Below, one piece after another: positions 17,192-18,839 of a stretch of DNA of 18,839 bases. The stretch is from an uncultured Deinococcales bacterium. GTDB lineage: Bacteria > Deinococcota > Deinococci > Deinococcales > JAAFIG01. The notes under the pieces are model-generated. The model saw only the letters and a program-made list of their open reading frames with translations. It was not told where the DNA came from and ran no database searches. The stretch is from assembly GCA_964244895.1 (NCBI GenBank), contig CAXTKV010000033.1, positions 1-18,839 on the forward strand, read 5' to 3'. Both the position numbers and the translations under genes were made by a program. Numbering within the stretch: the stretch's first letter is position 1; the number at the start of each line of letters is the position of its first letter.

Positions 17192-17476
17192 ATGCATCGC
17201 GAAACCGCCGCCCCTCCCGACAGATCCCGACGCCAGATCGTGATGACGATTGACGATGCCGAAGTTCGCCTGCGCGACCTGAACGCCCTGGAAGGTTTCG
17301 ACCGCTGGCAGCTCAAGGTTTACCCGAACGGCCAATATCAGGTTCTGGAACTCGACGCGAGCGGCAAGGTCTGCTGGCGGAGCTTTCGCAAAGAAAACAT
17401 TCGCGTCGTCGTCGGTTGGGCGGCCCAGCAGACGAACAAACGCAAGTCCACGCAAGCCCAACCCTCGCAATCCTGA
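17192..17476 (+). CDS. Hypothetical protein (94 aa)
   Basis: Fills the gap divergent from ung; GAGG RBS, gene-like codon usage, followed by a strong hairpin. Alternative start at MTIDD. Confidence 0.55.
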   Translation: MHRETAAPPDRSRRQIVMTIDDAEVRLRDLNALEGFDRWQLKVYPNGQYQVLELDASGKVCWRSFRKENIRVVVGWAAQQTNKRKSTQAQPSQS

Positions 17477-17496
17477 CCCGATCACACTCCCTCACA

Positions 17497-17529
17497 GCCC
17501 AGGCTCGAGCCAGCATCTCGAGCCTGGGC
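17497..17529. terminator. Perfect 13-bp hairpin between convergent genes
   Basis: gcccaggctcgag-ccagcat-ctcgagcctgggc followed by gtttcgtt. Confidence 0.7.
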
Positions 17530-17536
17530 GTTTCGT

Positions 17537-17800
17537 TCAACCTTTCGGGATGACCAGTCCGATCACTACGGCCAACACCAGCCCGCCGAGCGCCAGCAGC
17601 ACCGCTCTGGAGACCTCAGCGTCGCGAGATCGGCGCGCCTCGAGCCAGACCAGGATGGCGGCGCTGAACGGCACGACAAAAAGTGCGCCGACCCCAACCC
17701 ACAAGAGCGGCCTGATGACCAGCCCCAACAGCATCAGCACCAATCCCACCATCACGCCCAGACCGTACAGGCGCACCAACCTCGGCTCGAGCCCGTTCAA
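17537..17800 (-). CDS. Small membrane protein (3 TM), DUF1634-like partner of the TSUP gene
   Basis: Three hydrophobic helices directly downstream of the TSUP gene; GVGALFVVP pattern. Family assignment is inferred from context. Confidence 0.65.
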   Translation of the reverse strand: MNGLEPRLVRLYGLGVMVGLVLMLLGLVIRPLLWVGVGALFVVPFSAAILVWLEARRSRDAEVSRAVLLALGGLVLAVVIGLVIPKG

Positions 17801-17811
17801 GGCCTGACCAT

Positions 17812-18585
17812 TCAGGCCACCCAGTACTTTCTGACCAGATCGAAGGCCGAATACAGCACCAACACCGCAAAAAGCAGCTTGAGCGCCCGCACCGGCACGC
17901 GGCTGGCCAGCCCGGAAGCGACCCGCGCCCCAATCAAAATGCCGCAGGCCACGCTTCCGGCCAGCACCGGATCGAGCCGCCCGGATGAGGCGTAAATCAG
18001 CGTGTTACCGATGGCGGTCAAACCCATCATGAAGGTGCTGGTCGCAATTGCCGTGCGAAATGGCAAGCCGACCAGCAGGTTCAGCACGGGAACCTGCACG
18101 GTTCCGCCCCCGATGCCCAACAAGCCAGACATCACGCCCGCGAACCCCATGGCGGGCGTGGCCAGCCGGGACGGTTCCGCGCGTTCGACCTCCAAGCGGT
18201 TGATGCCGCGAATCATTTCCACACCCGTGTACACCAGCAACACGGCGAAGACCAGCGCCACGTACCTGGGTGGCAGCACCAGCCCCAACAAGGACCCGAC
18301 CACGCCGCCCAAGACCGTCCACGGCGCGAACAGGTAAGCAGTACGGAACCGCACCAGGCCACCCTGACGCAAGTACCCCGCCGACGATGCGACCGCGACC
18401 GACAGCACGCCGACCTGCGAGGCCGCGATGATGTTCTGGATCGGTACGTCCAGACCCATGAACCTCGGCCCAAGGATTTCCAGGGTCGGAACCACCACGA
18501 CGCCCCCGCCCAACCCGAGCATCGCGCCCAGCACGCCCGCGATCAGGCCGGTGAACAAGGGAAAAAGAATCGCGGCCAGGGTCAC
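17812..18585 (-). CDS. Sulfite exporter TauE/SafE (TSUP) family protein
   Basis: Duplicated motifs [14 protein letters not shown] and [14 protein letters not shown], plus AIATS. Start set at GTG 18585, with TATGCT (18593-18598, minus) 7 nt upstream. Confidence 0.92.
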   Translation of the reverse strand: MTLAAILFPLFTGLIAGVLGAMLGLGGGVVVVPTLEILGPRFMGLDVPIQNIIAASQVGVLSVAVASSAGYLRQGGLVRFRTAYLFAPWTVLGGVVGSLLGLVLPPRYVALVFAVLLVYTGVEMIRGINRLEVERAEPSRLATPAMGFAGVMSGLLGIGGGTVQVPVLNLLVGLPFRTAIATSTFMMGLTAIGNTLIYASSGRLDPVLAGSVACGILIGARVASGLASRVPVRALKLLFAVLVLYSAFDLVRKYWVA

Positions 18586-18715
18586 GCCCTGGAGCATAAC
18601 GCGATCGGGTGCAACTGAGACACAATTCTGGTCTGGCTCCGCGCACCCCGCGCCGCGATGAAACTCCATCGTTCGGCCCACGAAGCAACACATTCCTGTT
18701 CTCAGAAGCGATGCT

Positions 18716-18755
18716 GAACGGTGCATCTCGAGAATACCGTCAGGGGCGGTGTTTT
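18716..18755. repeat. Degenerate palindromic repeat copies
   Basis: tgaacggtg (from 18715) and gaataccgt-caggg-gcggtgttt (from 18732). Confidence 0.65.
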
Positions 18756-18797
18756 CGAGATGCCAGATCCAGATTGTGCATTCCTCGCGCCGCTTGC

Positions 18798-18839
18798 ACG
18801 TGCGCTAGTCGCGCAGCTCCTACGTGCGCTAGTCGCGCA
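18798..18839. repeat. Direct repeat (18-bp identical units, 24-bp period) truncated at the window end
   Basis: acgtgcgctagtcgcgca-gctcct-acgtgcgctagtcgcgca; each unit contains a tgcgc/gcgca hairpin. Confidence 0.75.

Noticed and set aside
531..18755. Interpreting the palindromic repeats as IS or MITE ends
   Set aside because: No transposase, no conserved internal sequence or length between paired copies, and no evident target-site duplications
18798..18839. Possible CRISPR array start
   Set aside because: An 18-bp repeat with a 6-bp spacer is far outside CRISPR dimensions

Overview
GC-rich bacterial chromosomal window, most likely Deinococcota. This is inferred from a Deinococcus-type PolX, a Deinococcus-type winged-helix regulator, and TANNNT -10 boxes 6-8 nt before many start codons (leaderless genes). 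Genes in order: polX N-terminus (truncated by the window edge), a predicted outer-membrane beta-barrel, Nif3/YbgI, an unannotated 41-aa membrane peptide, a MacB/FtsX-type ABC permease and ATPase with a divergent HTH regulator, tmk, glutaminyl cyclase, a minimal zincin, a SPOR protein, an atypical family-4-like UDG, a lipoprotein, lutA-lutB-EamA-lutC, a membrane protein, ung, a hypothetical protein, and a TSUP/TauE gene with a small membrane partner. No transposase, integrase, CRISPR array or RNA gene is evident. The most unusual signals are: (1) a dispersed palindrome family AACACCGT-N5-ACGGTGTT in most intergenic gaps, often as inverted doublets; (2) strong HIP1-like enrichment of CTCGAG; (3) a UDG-fold protein with both catalytic motifs substituted and an SSB/DdrB-like EETPF tail; (4) a triplicated 26-bp cassette creating a chain of stop/start-coupled 9-aa mini-ORFs between the zincin and SPOR genes. 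All calls come from reading the sequence by eye; no searches were run.
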